From Octopus vulgaris (lineage: Eukaryota): 64,000 bases of DNA. Location of the stretch: NCBI GenBank assembly GCA_951406725.2, contig OX597818.1, positions 43,090,001-43,154,000 of the forward strand, written 5' to 3'. Below, one piece after another: positions 39,211 to 53,142 of the stretch. The translations under genes were made by a program, and so were the position numbers. The notes beneath the pieces are model-generated. The model saw only the letters and a program-made list of their open reading frames with translations, did not search any database and was not told the origin of the DNA. Every line of letters begins with the position of its first letter. Position 1 is the first letter of the stretch.

Positions 39211-41152
39211 GGCAGTAAGCTGACAGAATTTTTAACTTGTCAAAGAAAATGCTTAGCAATGTTTTTTACTGACCCTGTATGTTCTGAGTTCAAATTCCAT
39301 CAAAGTCAATTTTGTCATTCATCCTTTTGTGATTGATAAAATAAATACCAGTCATGCACTGGGGTCAATGTAATCACAAAATTTCAGTTCTTGTTCCTAT
39401 AGAAGAAACAATGATTATTATTATTGTTATATTTAGGGATGGTCATGTTTTGCCATTTAAACACACACACTATATGTTTAGTCTTTACTTCAACTTTATA
39501 TTATCCTGTGACCTCTTCAGTGACTCTTTATAAAAAGTCATTGAAGAAGTCACAGAATGTGTGATAAAAACTGTGACAAAGAAACAAAAATGATAATAAT
39601 AAAACTGAAGTAAAGACCTAACATGTAATGCATGTGTTTAATTGGTAAAATCTGACCATCCCCAAGTATAACAATATCTGTTTCAACACATGATTTCACA
39701 TCAAGAATTTTGGAAAACAAATGCATAAACATAATGATTATTATTATTTTGTAGTAATTAAATTTAACTGTAAATTTCAATGATTGCAATTTTAGAACTG
39801 TATAAACAGCTCAAAACAAAACTAATATAATAAATAGATTATGATATTCTTTTTACATAAGACAGTACTGTAAATTATAGAAAATATCTCAAGTCTGTAT
39901 GATGGTTCAATGGTTAAAGTTTTAGTATCTCAACTTTTAGATTTTATTATATCAAGCTGTAGCCCTCAAAACAACTTGTTGGCATACTGCCTTGGAAGGT
40001 GAAGTCTTGTGGACAGTTTATATTTTGTTTTCTCTTTTAGATTATTATTGAACCAATCCTATGACTTGCCAGTGCCACTGGACTGACTCCTGTGAAGGTG
40101 GCAAGTAAAGAAACACCGTTTCGACCCTGTGCTTGAGGAGACCTATTGAGTCAAGTACATCAACATCAAAAATCAAATGAAATTGTAGTTGTGATCCCTG
40201 TGCCGGTGGCATGTAAAAAGCACCATCCGAACGTGGCTGATGCCAGCGCCGCCTTGACTGGCTCCCACGCCGGTGACACGTAAAAAGCACCAACCGATCG
40301 TGGCCGTTCCCAGCCTCGCCTGGCACCTGTACCGGTGGCATGTAAAAAGCACCCACTACACTCACGGAGTGGTTGGCGTTAGGAAGGGCATCCAGCTGTA
40401 GAAACACTGCCAGATCAGACTGGAGCCTGGTGCAACCGTCTGGCTTCCCAGACCCCTTTCGAACCGTCCAACTTATGCTAGCATGGAAAACGGACGTTAA
40501 ACGATGATGATGATGATGATACCTTATTGGTGTTCTCATGAAATTAACTTTCTAGAAGCCTTAACTTTATCATATGCTTGAAATTAATATAAAATACATT
40601 GTTTGGGGACACTAGAACTTATCTATAATGGACTATCAAAAAAAAAAAGAAAAAGAAAAGCTTGCAGCTCTTTAGCTTAAGATATTCTTAGAACTAAAAT
40701 TTTTATCTCTAATGGCAACAATTTCAATAACTTTTTCATATTTTCTCTTACTGGGGAGCATAATTGCTGTAGATTAAATTGTAGTGTTGGATTAATGGTT
40801 ATCATTGCAAATTTTCTAGCTATCATGCTGGTATACCTTTAAGCAAGATATTTCTCATTTCAATCTAACTGGCTAAACATAAATAATTACCACCTTTGCA
40901 GTTAGTTGAATGGTAGATATCAGAAAGGTCAGTCAATTGTTATTCATTGGTTCCATTTTGATTTTGATAAAAAAAAAGAAGTTATAACTCTGTGGTAAGA
41001 AGCTTACTTCCCAACCACATGATTCCAGGTTCAGTCTAACTGTTGGCACCTTGGGCAAGTGCCTTCTACTATAGCCTTGGGTTGACCAAAGCCTTGTGAG
41101 TGGATCTCATAGATGGAAACTGAAAGAATCCCATTGTGTGTGTGTATGTATA

Positions 41153-41189
<37 letters not shown>

Positions 41190-41193
41190 CTCC

Positions 41194-41224
<31 letters not shown>

Positions 41225-41298
41225 CATACACACACACAATGGGCTTCTTTCAGTTTCCATCTATCAGATCCACTCACAAGTCTTTGGTCAACCCAAGG

Positions 41299-41337
<39 letters not shown>

Positions 41338-42239
41338 TACATGGAGTGAGAGATAGATAGATAGATAGATAAATAGATAGGTATATAGATAGATAGATGT
41401 GTATGTGTGTGGGTTTGCATCCATGTGACTTAGCGGTTTAGCAAAAGAGACCAATAGAATAAGTACTGGGATTGATTCATTCAGCAAAAAAAATTCTTCA
41501 AGCTGGTGCCCCAGCATGGCCTCATTCTAATGACTGAAACAAGTAAAAGATAAAAAAATATATCTATTCTAGCATGGAAAATGTAAAAGATTTCAAAACC
41601 ATAAATCTCACTTGAAGCTCCATATATCATTAAGCTGTATCTAACAAAGGGACGTTTCTCTGAACATTCTCCTAATAATGATTTGCTTTTATTGTACTTT
41701 TATGGTAAATTTGCGTGATTTTTCTTACAGCTGAAACTTTTCTCTGTTCATAGTTACTTGCTATAACAGTGCTTTTAACACAAGGTGTATGTGTCTTCGT
41801 TTCATACTGACTTATTGTGTTTAATTATAGTAATTAGGAAAAGTGTTTGATCGCATCTTTTGAATGCTACATTTGAATCTACTTGCTCCATAAATTTATT
41901 AAAATATTGAATTTTTAGGGGGTCATTGAAAAACTTGGTTCCTTTTTTTTTTTTTTACCTGATTGAATTTTGTGTTAGTAGTTTTACTTAAATGGGTCTT
42001 TCATTTTTTTTGCATCTTAAAGAAATTTTGTTTGTATTACAGATTTGTGTTATGCCATAAGTAGAAATTTATGTAAATGGAATTGCTCCCCAGATCCACC
42101 TAAGACGATTCTACATTTTTTTTAATGTGCTTATATTTGTGCCTGTGTGTGTATGTGTGTGTGTGTGCATATATTTCTTTATATCATAAGTAAGAATGTG
42201 AAAGTATTATTCAAAATTAAATTTTCCCATACATGCCAT

Positions 42240-42302
<63 letters not shown>

Positions 42303-42654
42303 TATACATACTCTCACACACACACACATACGCATACATACTTACACATACACACGCACACATATATATATATGTATAAAAGTTTGATTGTGTTTTTTAT
42401 CTATCTGGTTAAATTTAAAGTACAAGAGTCTTTGGTTTTCCATCTATACATAATATTTTGTAAATATGCATTAATTTTTCTGTTTAAGGTATTTAAAATA
42501 CAATTAGTGTATTTGATAGATAGAAACTGAAAGAAGCCTGATACATACATACATACGTACATACAGATAAACTTACTTGGAAATGAATGCGTGGTGTTCA
42601 ATCAAATAATAATATAAATAATATGTGTATATATATATATATGTATATAATTTA

Positions 42655-42697
<43 letters not shown>

Positions 42698-42971
42698 ATA
42701 TATGTTTTGTATGTGTGTGTGTGTCTTTGTTTCCTTACCGATATCACACAATAGTTGTAAACAACTGTCCACATCATGCAAACAGTGTCTTTCATTCCAA
42801 ATTTTCTGTGGAAACATGTCTGGTTATGGGGAAATCTTATCTTACTTGGAAACAAAGGAGGGTTGGTGAGAGGAAGGGCATCTGGTTGTAGAAAATCTGC
42901 CTCAACAAGATTCCATCCAATCCATGTCAGCATGGAGTGGTGGACATAAAAGCGATGATGATGATGATGAT

Positions 42972-42974
<3 letters not shown>

Positions 42975-43041
<67 letters not shown>
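42975..43041. repeat. (TG)n microsatellite (representative)
   Basis: Read directly from the sequence. Confidence 0.95.
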
Positions 43042-43043
<2 letters not shown>

Positions 43044-44004
43044 TCGTGGAATGTCTCAATCTTGCATTTACACTTTTATCATTAGTTCTCAAAATCCTAC
43101 CCAATGCTGTGATCTTATGGAAACAGATAAATTCTTAGGTCTTCTGGTATTGGAATTAAGTCTTTGCTTTTGAGTATATTTCCAAATATATATTTCCAGA
43201 TGTAACTGGATTGGTAGAGGGGTTATTTAAATTCAATAATGGCTCTTACTTTCTTGTTTATAATAATAATGATTTGTAACATTTGCAAAACCCACAACTT
43301 TTGGGGAAGGATGTAGTTAATTAAACTGACCAGAGTATTTATCATTAGTCCTTCCTTTTTTGTCTCAAATCTTTACTTAAAATGTGTCATGTCATATGTG
43401 TTTGTGTCCTGTCACAAAAGAGATGAATAAAATTGTACTCTTAGTGATGAGAACAGTTGTTATCATAGTGACTAATTCTAGACCAAAATGACAGGAAAGA
43501 CAACTCTGAAATTTCAGTTAATGCGAATTTATTTATTATAGTGTGTAGTGTGAGGTGAGTCTGGTCTTTTGTATTAGTGTGACCACTTCAGATGTTTCAG
43601 TGTTATTAGATCTCATCATGATGAATTTTCTTGATTAGCTCCATGCAACATACATTTTTGTAGACTTATAGAATGAACCTAACTTATCAAGCATCTAGAT
43701 AGTGAGGATATATATATGTTTGTGTGTGTTGTGTGTGTGTGTGTGTCATCATCATCATCATCATCATCGTTTAACGTCCGCTTTCCATGCTAGCATGGGT
43801 TGGACGGTTCAACTGGGGTCTGGGAAGCCCGAAGGCTGCACCAGGCCAGTCAGATCTGGCAGTGTTTCTACAGCTGAATGCCCTTCCTAATGCCAACCAC
43901 TCCGTGAGTGTAGTGGGTGCTTTTTATGTGCCACCGACACAGGTGCCAGACGAGGCTGGCGAACGGCCACGCTCGGATGGTGCTTTTTACGTGCCACCGG
44001 CATG

Positions 44005-44036
<32 letters not shown>

Positions 44037-44154
44037 CATATATATATATGTACATACATATATATGTATATACATACACACACACACATTCATATGACCC
44101 ATGTAAGCATGGGAAAGTGGACATTAAAATGATTATGATAATATGATAATGATA

Positions 44155-44192
<38 letters not shown>

Positions 44193-44847
44193 AATGTGAT
44201 TATAGAAGAAAGCAGTTTCTCCTGATTTAGTTTGATCGGAAGGTCTGCTCTGAAAATCTTAGATATATTTTAATAATTCTTACTTGATAAGAATCTTGGT
44301 ATAATTCTGACAAGTATTAACAAATGAAAGTAATGTTTATATGAGAATTTACATATTGAAATTTAAAAATAGATATCTTGCTTACAAAATCAATATCACT
44401 CTGTAAAGAGATTCAGAATAATTTAAGACATTAAAAAAAATATATATATATATATTGTATGAAAGAATAAAAACTTGAAATATTTTCAGTCAAGTAAATA
44501 AGAGAATCTTTTCTATTAAATGATCAAAGGAAAACATTTACAATTTAATAAAAAAAAGTACTCTTCTCTCTTCCCATTAAAATCACTTTCCTATGATTCT
44601 TTTCTCAGAGAATTCAAATTAATTTCCATAAATGTATTCAGTTTAATTGCATGTATAAATTATTATTCTGAAAAATTTGAAAGTCTTCAAACATTATTCT
44701 ATGTGTTTTTCAATTAAATACATTAGCTTAACCTGTGTGTGTGTATGTATGTGCATGTGTTGTTGTACATGCATGCATGCGTGTCTGTGCATGCAAGGCA
44801 ATTTGTGTCTGTACATGCATGTGTGTGCATGTGTCTGAGTGTGTGCA

Positions 44848-44895
<48 letters not shown>

Positions 44896-46279
44896 GCCTT
44901 CCCAAATGTTGAGTAATAAGATGCAGCAAATGTAAAAAAAGAAAAATAGAATGGAATGGTATCAGATGGGTGTTTAGGTGAGGCTATGTAATTGTAAAAA
45001 AGAAACAGGAAGAGGTCAGAGCCTGTTGATGGGCAAGAATTTGTAGTGCATCTGTGAGTAGAGGCTGACCTACCAATTAAACAGAAGTAAAATGACCGAG
45101 AGGATATAGCATCACATTATCAGCTCAGAGGTATCAAGATCAAATCCACTGCAAGCTTTTGTTGTATACTTGGGTGCTACAGACAAGTGTCTTATCTGAG
45201 GTGAGATGTGTCTCTCAGATGCTTAACTCCAATATATATTTGCCTTTAAATGCTCTCTGAACCATTGGACACCCAACTAATTTTGTCATTATTAAGCTGT
45301 TATTTTTATCAACAAATGATATTTGGTAAGGAAGCTTATCAAGTATGTATGTGTATGTTTGCATCTAGCGAGTATCCAAGGTATTTAACAGTGTTTATGT
45401 TAAAAGATGCTTAAGAATGAAGAAGAAGCCCCACCTTTGTGATGTTATCTTAGTTATATTGAAGAATTGAGCTTTTCTCTCTCCACTCACCTTCTCTGTG
45501 TGAGATACTGAATTGAAAGCTGTGCTATCTGATCATTATCATTAATTCTTTAAACAGAATGCTCTTAGGATGCTTTCCTTGATCTATCTCCATCTCCATA
45601 GGTGTCCATTGTCCAGAAAATGATCCATTCAGTTCACATGACTAAATCAGCACAACCACTATTTCTGAATTAATTCAGAAATAGTTGGCTGGCAAATGCA
45701 ACTTTGTTGAATTTGATAATTCTGCAAATGGTTAATCTGTGATGCTCCAAGTGTTTGGCAAGTGTATCCTATTTGAAAGACTTTCAACATATCCAAATCG
45801 TTCTAGGGTAATATTTATGGTCCAGTAGCATACAACAACACAGGAAATATAGATGATAGATAAAAGTAGATTTTGGTGTGTAAATGAAATATTCTGTTGT
45901 CTTCAAACATATCATTTAATGAAATTATACTTGAAATCATGTGATGGTTGTAAACATGAATTACTGTGATACAAGCTTTGTTCATTGCCAGTCTTCCATG
46001 AAAAAACATTAGCTATGAGGAAAATATTATTTTTGATTGAAAACAGGTAAAGGTTAGTGACAGAGAAGACATCTGATTTCTGTAGAAATATACTGCTTTT
46101 GTTTCAGTTATGAAACAAAATGACAAAGAATTTAGTAAAATAATTTTGTTATCATTTAGCTGGTGTTCAGAACACAATGTGGAATTTTGAAGGTAGAATT
46201 TAATTTAGATCACTTTAAAACAAGAATTTTGTATCATAGAAACTGCTTTAAAAAATCCTATTGTATTTTTATAAATATT

Positions 46280-47560
46280 ATGAATTGGTATAAAAAAGTT
46301 CCCGGACTAGTTATGTTTAATCAAAAATAACTTATTTATCTAGGTTTTAACATCATCTCCTTCAAAACAGTTACCTTGTGCAGCAAAACACCAGTCCCAG
46401 CATTCCTGCCACTTTTGGAATTCAACCTGGGAGTAATTTTCTCTGAGTCAAAGACTTCTGTGATTTGCTCTGGATCTCAACAATGGTGTTAAAACTGCGA
46501 CCTTTGAGCCACCTTTTCATCTTGGAGAAGAGGCTGAAGTCCGCAGGTGCTAAACCTGGCAAACAGGGTGGGTGCAGAAGTGATACCATTTTGTTTTTGA
46601 CAAGAAACTCATGAGTGAGTAGAGCTCGGTGACAAGGTGCACTGCCGTTGGGAAGAATCCAATTCTTCACGCTCCATAGATCCGGTTGCTTTCACCAAAC
46701 GTCCTCTCTCAACCACTTCAAAACATTACAGTAGAACTCTTGATTGACAGTCTGGCCCTAGGGGACGAATTCCCAATGCACCATATTATGGATGTCAAAA
46801 AAAAAAGTGACGAGCATGCTCTTGATTGAGCTATGGCTCTATTGTGCTTTCTTTGGTCATGAAGATGAAGGGCTCTCCCATTGTGACAACTGCTTCTTCA
46901 TTTCAGGGTCCCATAGACTCAATTCTTGTCACCAATGATCATCCTTGACATGAAGGATGGGTCATCAGTGGCACACTGATGGAGATCTTGACAGACTTCA
47001 ATGCAATGTTCTTTCCGCTCAGTGGTCAGCAGACAGGGGGAAAACTTGGCAGAGATGTACCACATGTTCAATTCAGATGTTAGGATTGCTTGCACAGACC
47101 CATGCAATAGACCAACAACATCAGCAATATTGTTGATTGTACTCCAGTGATCCTCATGCACAAGCTGATAAATTTTCTCCACATTTCTGGAGGTGACACT
47201 TATGACAGATCTTCCAAGAACATTCTTCTGCTTTTGAAGTACCTATACCACTTGAAACATTGCGTATGACCCATTGCCTCATTGCCATAAGCTTGCTGAA
47301 GCATGCTCAATGTCCCTGTAGCAGACTTCCCAAGTTCAATGCGAAATTTCATGTTGGCTCTTTGTTCCAACTTCCTGTCCATGACAAAATTGTAGATTAC
47401 AGCATACATGTGATCACAGAAACAAATTTCACAACTTGCTTAGTAAACACAGTGATGTTACTCAGCATACTGCCTCCTGAAGGTCACTTCTAGCTCTCAC
47501 TGTGCATGCAACCATGTGCTGTCATCTGTTGGCACACTGCAGAACTAATTTTGATGCTAC
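46280..47560 (-). mobile_element. Degenerate near-full-length mariner transposon
   Basis: Disrupted transposase: EQRANMKF...LGKSAT (HTH), IIGDKN (first D motif), SAPCH, LHPPCLPGLAPADFSLF (YSPDLAPxD-like). Confidence 0.85.
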
Positions 47561-47597
47561 TTCATATTGGAAGTTGTAAAAAAATATTCTTAAAATA

Positions 47598-48162
47598 TTG
47601 GGTTGTCTAGAAAGTTTGTGACGATTTTTAAAGGAAAGAAAAAGGTCGATAAATACTTGCCATTACATTTTTAATCAACCAAATATGAACCATTTTGTTG
47701 CACAATGCCTCTCCATCTTTCCTTTAACTTGAAAATACCCTCTTCCCAGAATTGAGGTGGTTTTATGGCAAAGAATTCATCAAGGTTTCTTTTTCATCAT
47801 CCAAGGAATTTAAATTTTTACCATTAAGACTATTCTGCAGAGACCTGAATAAGTGGAAATCTGAAGGAGCAATATCTGGTGAATATGGAGGATGGAGTAA
47901 CACATCCCAGCCAAGCTACAGCAATTTTTATCAGGTTCCCAAAGCATCAAGTGCCAAAAATGAATTTTCTTATGTTCCATTTTAAAGGGTTACAGAATTA
48001 ACACAGGTTATAGGAACATAAACCTTCTTCCACTAAAAGATAGCTTAAACTATGCTCTAAATGGAGGTGTAGTCAAATCCTATTTTATAGACTCAACCAT
48101 GTTCTAAAATAAGTCGAAAGGTAAGCTACTATAAATCCGCATGAACTTTCCAGACAACCCAA
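47598..48162 (-). mobile_element. Internally deleted mariner element with TIRs and TA TSD
   Basis: TIRs ttgggttgtctagaaagtt / aactttccagacaacccaa with TA on both flanks. Minus strand encodes LLHPPYSPDIAPSDFHLFRSLQN. Confidence 0.85.
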
Positions 48163-49696
48163 TATTTTATGTATTGTAGATGTTTAACCAATCTATTGCT
48201 CATAACTTTAACAACAAAATATATGGACATCCAAGGGTCATTATCGACCCCAGTTGAGGACCACTGGTCTGCACTATCAAATATATCTTTAAAGTCTATG
48301 AAAGCAGTAACTCATCATTTGCAACATAGAATGACCTCATCCATAATTTGTTAAAGTATGAAATTTTTTATCACAGCTGCTACAAACAATCTGATAGTTA
48401 CTAGAATTGAATGCAATCATTTTATTCAGTAAACGTTATTGTGTTTTAACTGAGATAATGAACTAAAGAAAGAATAAAAAAATAGAGTCACTGTACAAAG
48501 AAACTACAGAGATTTCATAATACTTTTTATGATAAAAATACAAGATTTCAGAAACATCATAATGATGCATCTCTTGTTGCTAAAATGTAATATATACCGA
48601 AGCTTAATCTCTTATTTTAATCTTCAAGCATCACCTAATGCTCTCAACAGATTAAAAAATTACATTTTCAAAATTAATTAGTCGTTTTTAGACTTATAGA
48701 GGAAATGCTGGGTCAAATCTCTCTAGTTCATCTAGTAGAAATAGACTAGAGATTAAAGTAATTAAACTGAAAATCTAATTTTTCATTCAGTTGAAACTAT
48801 TAATTGATGTTTGAAGATTAAATTTAAGCTTGAATATGTATTATATTTCAGTAGCCAGAGCTAAATCTTTAATGTTCCTGAAATCTTGTCAGGAGCACTA
48901 TAAAATCCTTATGGCTTCTTTAAATAATGGCTCTATTTTACATTCTTTCTTCAGTTAAAACACTAGAAATTGAGACCCTCTGTTAAAATACTTGACATAA
49001 TGATTACATTAATATGTAAAACTGAAAGAAAACATTTTGAATTCCAGTTTGTAGCTGATCCTAATTTGATGTATGAGATATGACAAAGTGAGTTGGTGAT
49101 GAAATACGAAGAGTTTGTCATGTAATAGGCTAGCATATTTTGAAGCTTAAACTATGCAATCTGGTTCACTTATTACATACAATTTATACATAATAAATGT
49201 TCATTGATAGTTATGTTCCATCATAATCATGAAGGTTACTGTTGTTGTTTTTTTAGACACAGGTGAGCCCTAATCCAGCAGACTTATAACTAAAGGCATT
49301 CCAGATGTGAACATCACATATTTTCCAGTCATAGAATATCTGGGATTATATCATCCAGTGTGTCCTTATTTTGATGATGATTCTGTGATACAATTGAGAT
49401 TTGAGTGCTGTTTCTAGCAGGTTGAGCAACCATGTAGAGATTCCCTCATAAGTCTCATCGGTAATAATGATGAGTTTACTTGCCATCACTGATATTGTGC
49501 TGTCTTCATGCATCAATGACTAGTATCAGAGCAGATAAGAATAGAGATAGAAATGGAAATTAATGAATACACACACAAAGATGACATATATTGTCACTCC
49601 TCACTTAACATTGCTGATAGGTTCTTGTGAAATGTGACTTTAAGTGAAATGATGCAAAGCAAAATACCATTTTAACGATAGGCTCAACAATACAGA

Positions 49697-49915
49697 CCTA
49701 CCTACATACATACATACAAACCTACCTACCTACATACATACATGCATACATACATACATACCTACATACATACACACACACATACATACACACACACACA
49801 TACATACATACATACATACATACATACCTACAAACATACATACATACATACCTACATACATACATACCTACCTACCTACCTACCTACCTACCTACCTATT
49901 TACATACATACATAT
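49697..49915. repeat. Compound (CATA)n/(CCTA)n tetranucleotide repeat
   Basis: Read directly from the sequence. Confidence 0.9.
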
Positions 49916-50279
49916 ATATGAGAGAGAGAGAAAGAGAGAGACACACACATGAGTTATGATTTTACAGTATATTCCTAATCGCAAAGGACTTTATCAAATA
50001 ACTAAATAAAAACATGAAATGTTTCTAATATCAAACATTGAAATATGTGTGTGACACATACTTTGAAAAAGGATGAAAATAAAACGATTAGATAATTTTT
50101 CGCTTAAAATATGTTCATGGTTTGTTGTCCATTTTTCTTCTTCTTGTGTTTGCATAACTGGTGATAGTTGTATCCATTCAATATTAACCTGATTGCTTCT
50201 GAACTTCTTTGTTCTTGAGGACCTTATTTTCATTTCTATTTATTTATTTGTGGAAATTGTCATAGCTTTATCTAAAAGC

Positions 50280-50741
50280 TGGTTTCTTTATTACCCACAA
50301 GGGGCCGAATAGCTTTATCTAAAAAACTGGAAAGCCTCAGACAGATCTTTACTGGTTAAAATTCCTGTTTGTTTTGCAGCCTCACTCTTTCCATCTTCAT
50401 TTTCTTTAGAGTGGTCCTGTACTATCTTCATAGGGTCCTCGTATTTTTTTTCACTCTGTGGTTCAAATAACTCTGCTGCAACATTTATTCCATTGAATGC
50501 AACTTGTGTCCCAACCCAACAAGCACCCCTCTTTTACTCTCTTTTACTTGTTTCAGTCATTTGACTGTGGCCATGCTGGTGCACCATCTTTAGTCAAGCA
50601 AATCGCCCCCAGGACTTATTCTTTGTAAGCCTAGTACTTATTCTATCTGTCTCTTTTGCCGAACTGCTAAGTTACGGGGACGTAAACACACCGGCATCGG
50701 TTGTCAAGCGATGTTGGGGGTACAAACACAGACACACAAAT

Positions 50742-50795
<54 letters not shown>

Positions 50796-51840
50796 ATATA
50801 TATGACGGGCTTCTTTCAGTTTCTGTCTACCAAATCCACTCACAAAGCTTTGGTCAGCCCAAGGCTATAGTAGAAGATATTTGCCTAAGGTTGAACCCAG
50901 AGCCATGTTGTTGGCAAGCAAGCTACTTACCACACAGCCACTCCTGAACATTTTGCATCAAGAGGTGCAAAATGCTCCTGTAAACCCAGGAAATCAGCAA
51001 TGCAGGTGTCAATGATACTTTTCAATAAAACTGGAAAAGCAGCTATGATTTCTTCATTGGCATTTGCATCTTCATCTGTTAATTGTGATTCTTGAAATGC
51101 TGAAGGCAACTACAATTTGCCACTAACATTTTAGTGTCAGTACTAGAATTCTGTTTTTTTTTTCTTTAGGTCATCAAATAAACTTAGAGTTTTCATTTGT
51201 ATGGCTAGTAGCAAACATGGAGAATTATGTTGAGTCATGTCCCCTGCTCATTATTTCGATTATAATGCTTGTGTTCCTAGTTAATTTTGTAATAAATAAA
51301 AGTCTTACAATTTCAATACAAGCTTTAATATATTTAATACTAGCAGTATAGCCCAGCATTGATTGGGCTTGTTTTTTTTTTGACCCTTTAGAATTGGAAT
51401 TTTTGAAAAGTAAAAATTTTGCATTATGTAGCTTGTTATTTTCTTTAAATGAATATTTTTCTGATTGAAAATACACTGAAAAATGGCGACACAGCAGTCA
51501 AAAAATCATAAAAAATAGGGATTTTCATAGAAACAAAGCACCTTTTTGATGTAAATAATTTTTGGTGTTAACATGGTCCGATTTGAATTTTTTCTTCTAC
51601 GGAAGGAAGAGCAAGCTTTCTTTTATCATACTGTCAATTTTGGTCAATTTGCGCCGCAGGATCTCAGAGGAGATAGTGTGAGTTGAAAGCTACCAAACCC
51701 ACCATACACAGACAACTTCAGCTTTATATATAGAGAGATTACTGCAAATTGTCAATTGCAAACTGAGAGCTCTTCCAATATCCACAGCTCACTGTCCATT
51801 GTTGAATGGTAACACTTCTTAGTTTCTAATGTTATAATCT
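50280..51840 (-). mobile_element. Degraded pogo/Tigger-like transposase remnant interrupted by a Helitron and a SINE
   Basis: Minus-strand pieces IITLETK..FNNGQ*AVDIGRALSL (HTH-psq-like), TKLTRNTSIIIEIM across the Helitron, and LTSKDLSEAFQFF (Tigger C-terminus-like). Confidence 0.5.
51340..51738 (-). mobile_element. Non-autonomous Helitron, same family as 2530-2914, inserted in a Tigger remnant
   Basis: TC...CTAG ends at an A|T site. Aligns along its length with 2530-2914. Confidence 0.75.
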
Positions 51841-53004
51841 CTCTCTCTCTCTCTCTCGTGGGGTGGGCAAGGAGAATCATAGACAGCAGCAGTGCTTGGT
51901 GCACAGTTAGCTGTCATTGCAACTGCAATAAATTATGAAGTAAATAATTTACAAAGTGAAAATTGTAAGGACCACCTCCTACCACCACTCGATTCAGCTC
52001 CAAACAGTGACAAAAACTAGTTAATTCTGAATTTGGCAGGCTTCATTGTAGTTTACCATTTGGCCATTTTGTTTTAATTTGCACACTTGCCCCTCTCTAC
52101 ATTGGTTTATTTATCCTAGTTTGTTATAATTTTTTTTATTTAATGTCATGTCTAAAAGCCCAGCAGAAAGACAACTTGTTAGTGGAAAACATTTTGCACT
52201 TAGTACAATGAAGAAAGTAGTGTTATTTAGAATTCTAAGTGGATTAATAAAGATGAAGTAGACCCTGCTTTAGAAGTATACTAATTGATATCTATTACAT
52301 ACAACTTTGTTCTTTACAATGTTTGACTTTATATTTTAAGTATTGTACTTTAAACAAGTTAACATCTCCTTGAAGTAGTTGCTAGACATATAAAGATTGT
52401 ATCTTAGTGTTGATCATGAAATAAAAGAAGTTCAATGATTAATGATTCATATCTTTATTCAGCATTTTTTTATTATTTTAGTTTTATTTTACTGAATTGA
52501 AAAATGTAACAGGTTTCAAAAGAAAGAACAGAAAAATAAAATTAAATGAAAATTCAGTATGCGAGGTGTAAACACATTTTAAATTTTTATTTTAAGATGT
52601 TTGCCTTTATTTTATTTATTTTTCATTAAAATTTATAGCAAAACAATGTTGAACAGAATTATGTTAATGGAGGAATGCCTGTCTATGAAATACAGTCATA
52701 AAAATAAGTATCTACTACAAAATAATAGAGAATGCAAGTTGTCTTTAATTGTCAAATAAGAACATTTTTTTTTGTTTCCAAGCTTATATTGTATCATTGT
52801 TGTTTTATAATTATCTCTAAAATTTTATGTCTTCTTAATGAATTCATCAACTTGGAGAAAACATCTTTTTTTGTAGATTATTTTGTTTGACATTCCCTTA
52901 TTAAACTGTCATCTGTGACTTAATCTCTTTTCAGCTTCAGAAAAATGTATTGTAATCATCAATAAAACATCCATTATAAATTGTTGAAATTGTTATATTT
53001 TCAG

Positions 53005-53142
53005 AGCTGTCTGGTAACAAAATTCTTGTTCTGATGGAAGCCATTCTGTGGCACATTGTCCTGCAGGGTTGCATTCAGCCTGTAACGGCACTTCTATTTG
53101 GTGTCATAATCTGTCCCTTGGCAGCATTTTTTTGTCTTCTTT
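53005..53142 (+). CDS. Host gene exon G (LSGNKILVLMEAILWHIVLQGCIQPVTALLFGVIICPLAAFFCLL), hydrophobic
   Basis: ttttcag acceptor, gtaagt donor, 138 nt, phase 1/1. Confidence 0.88.
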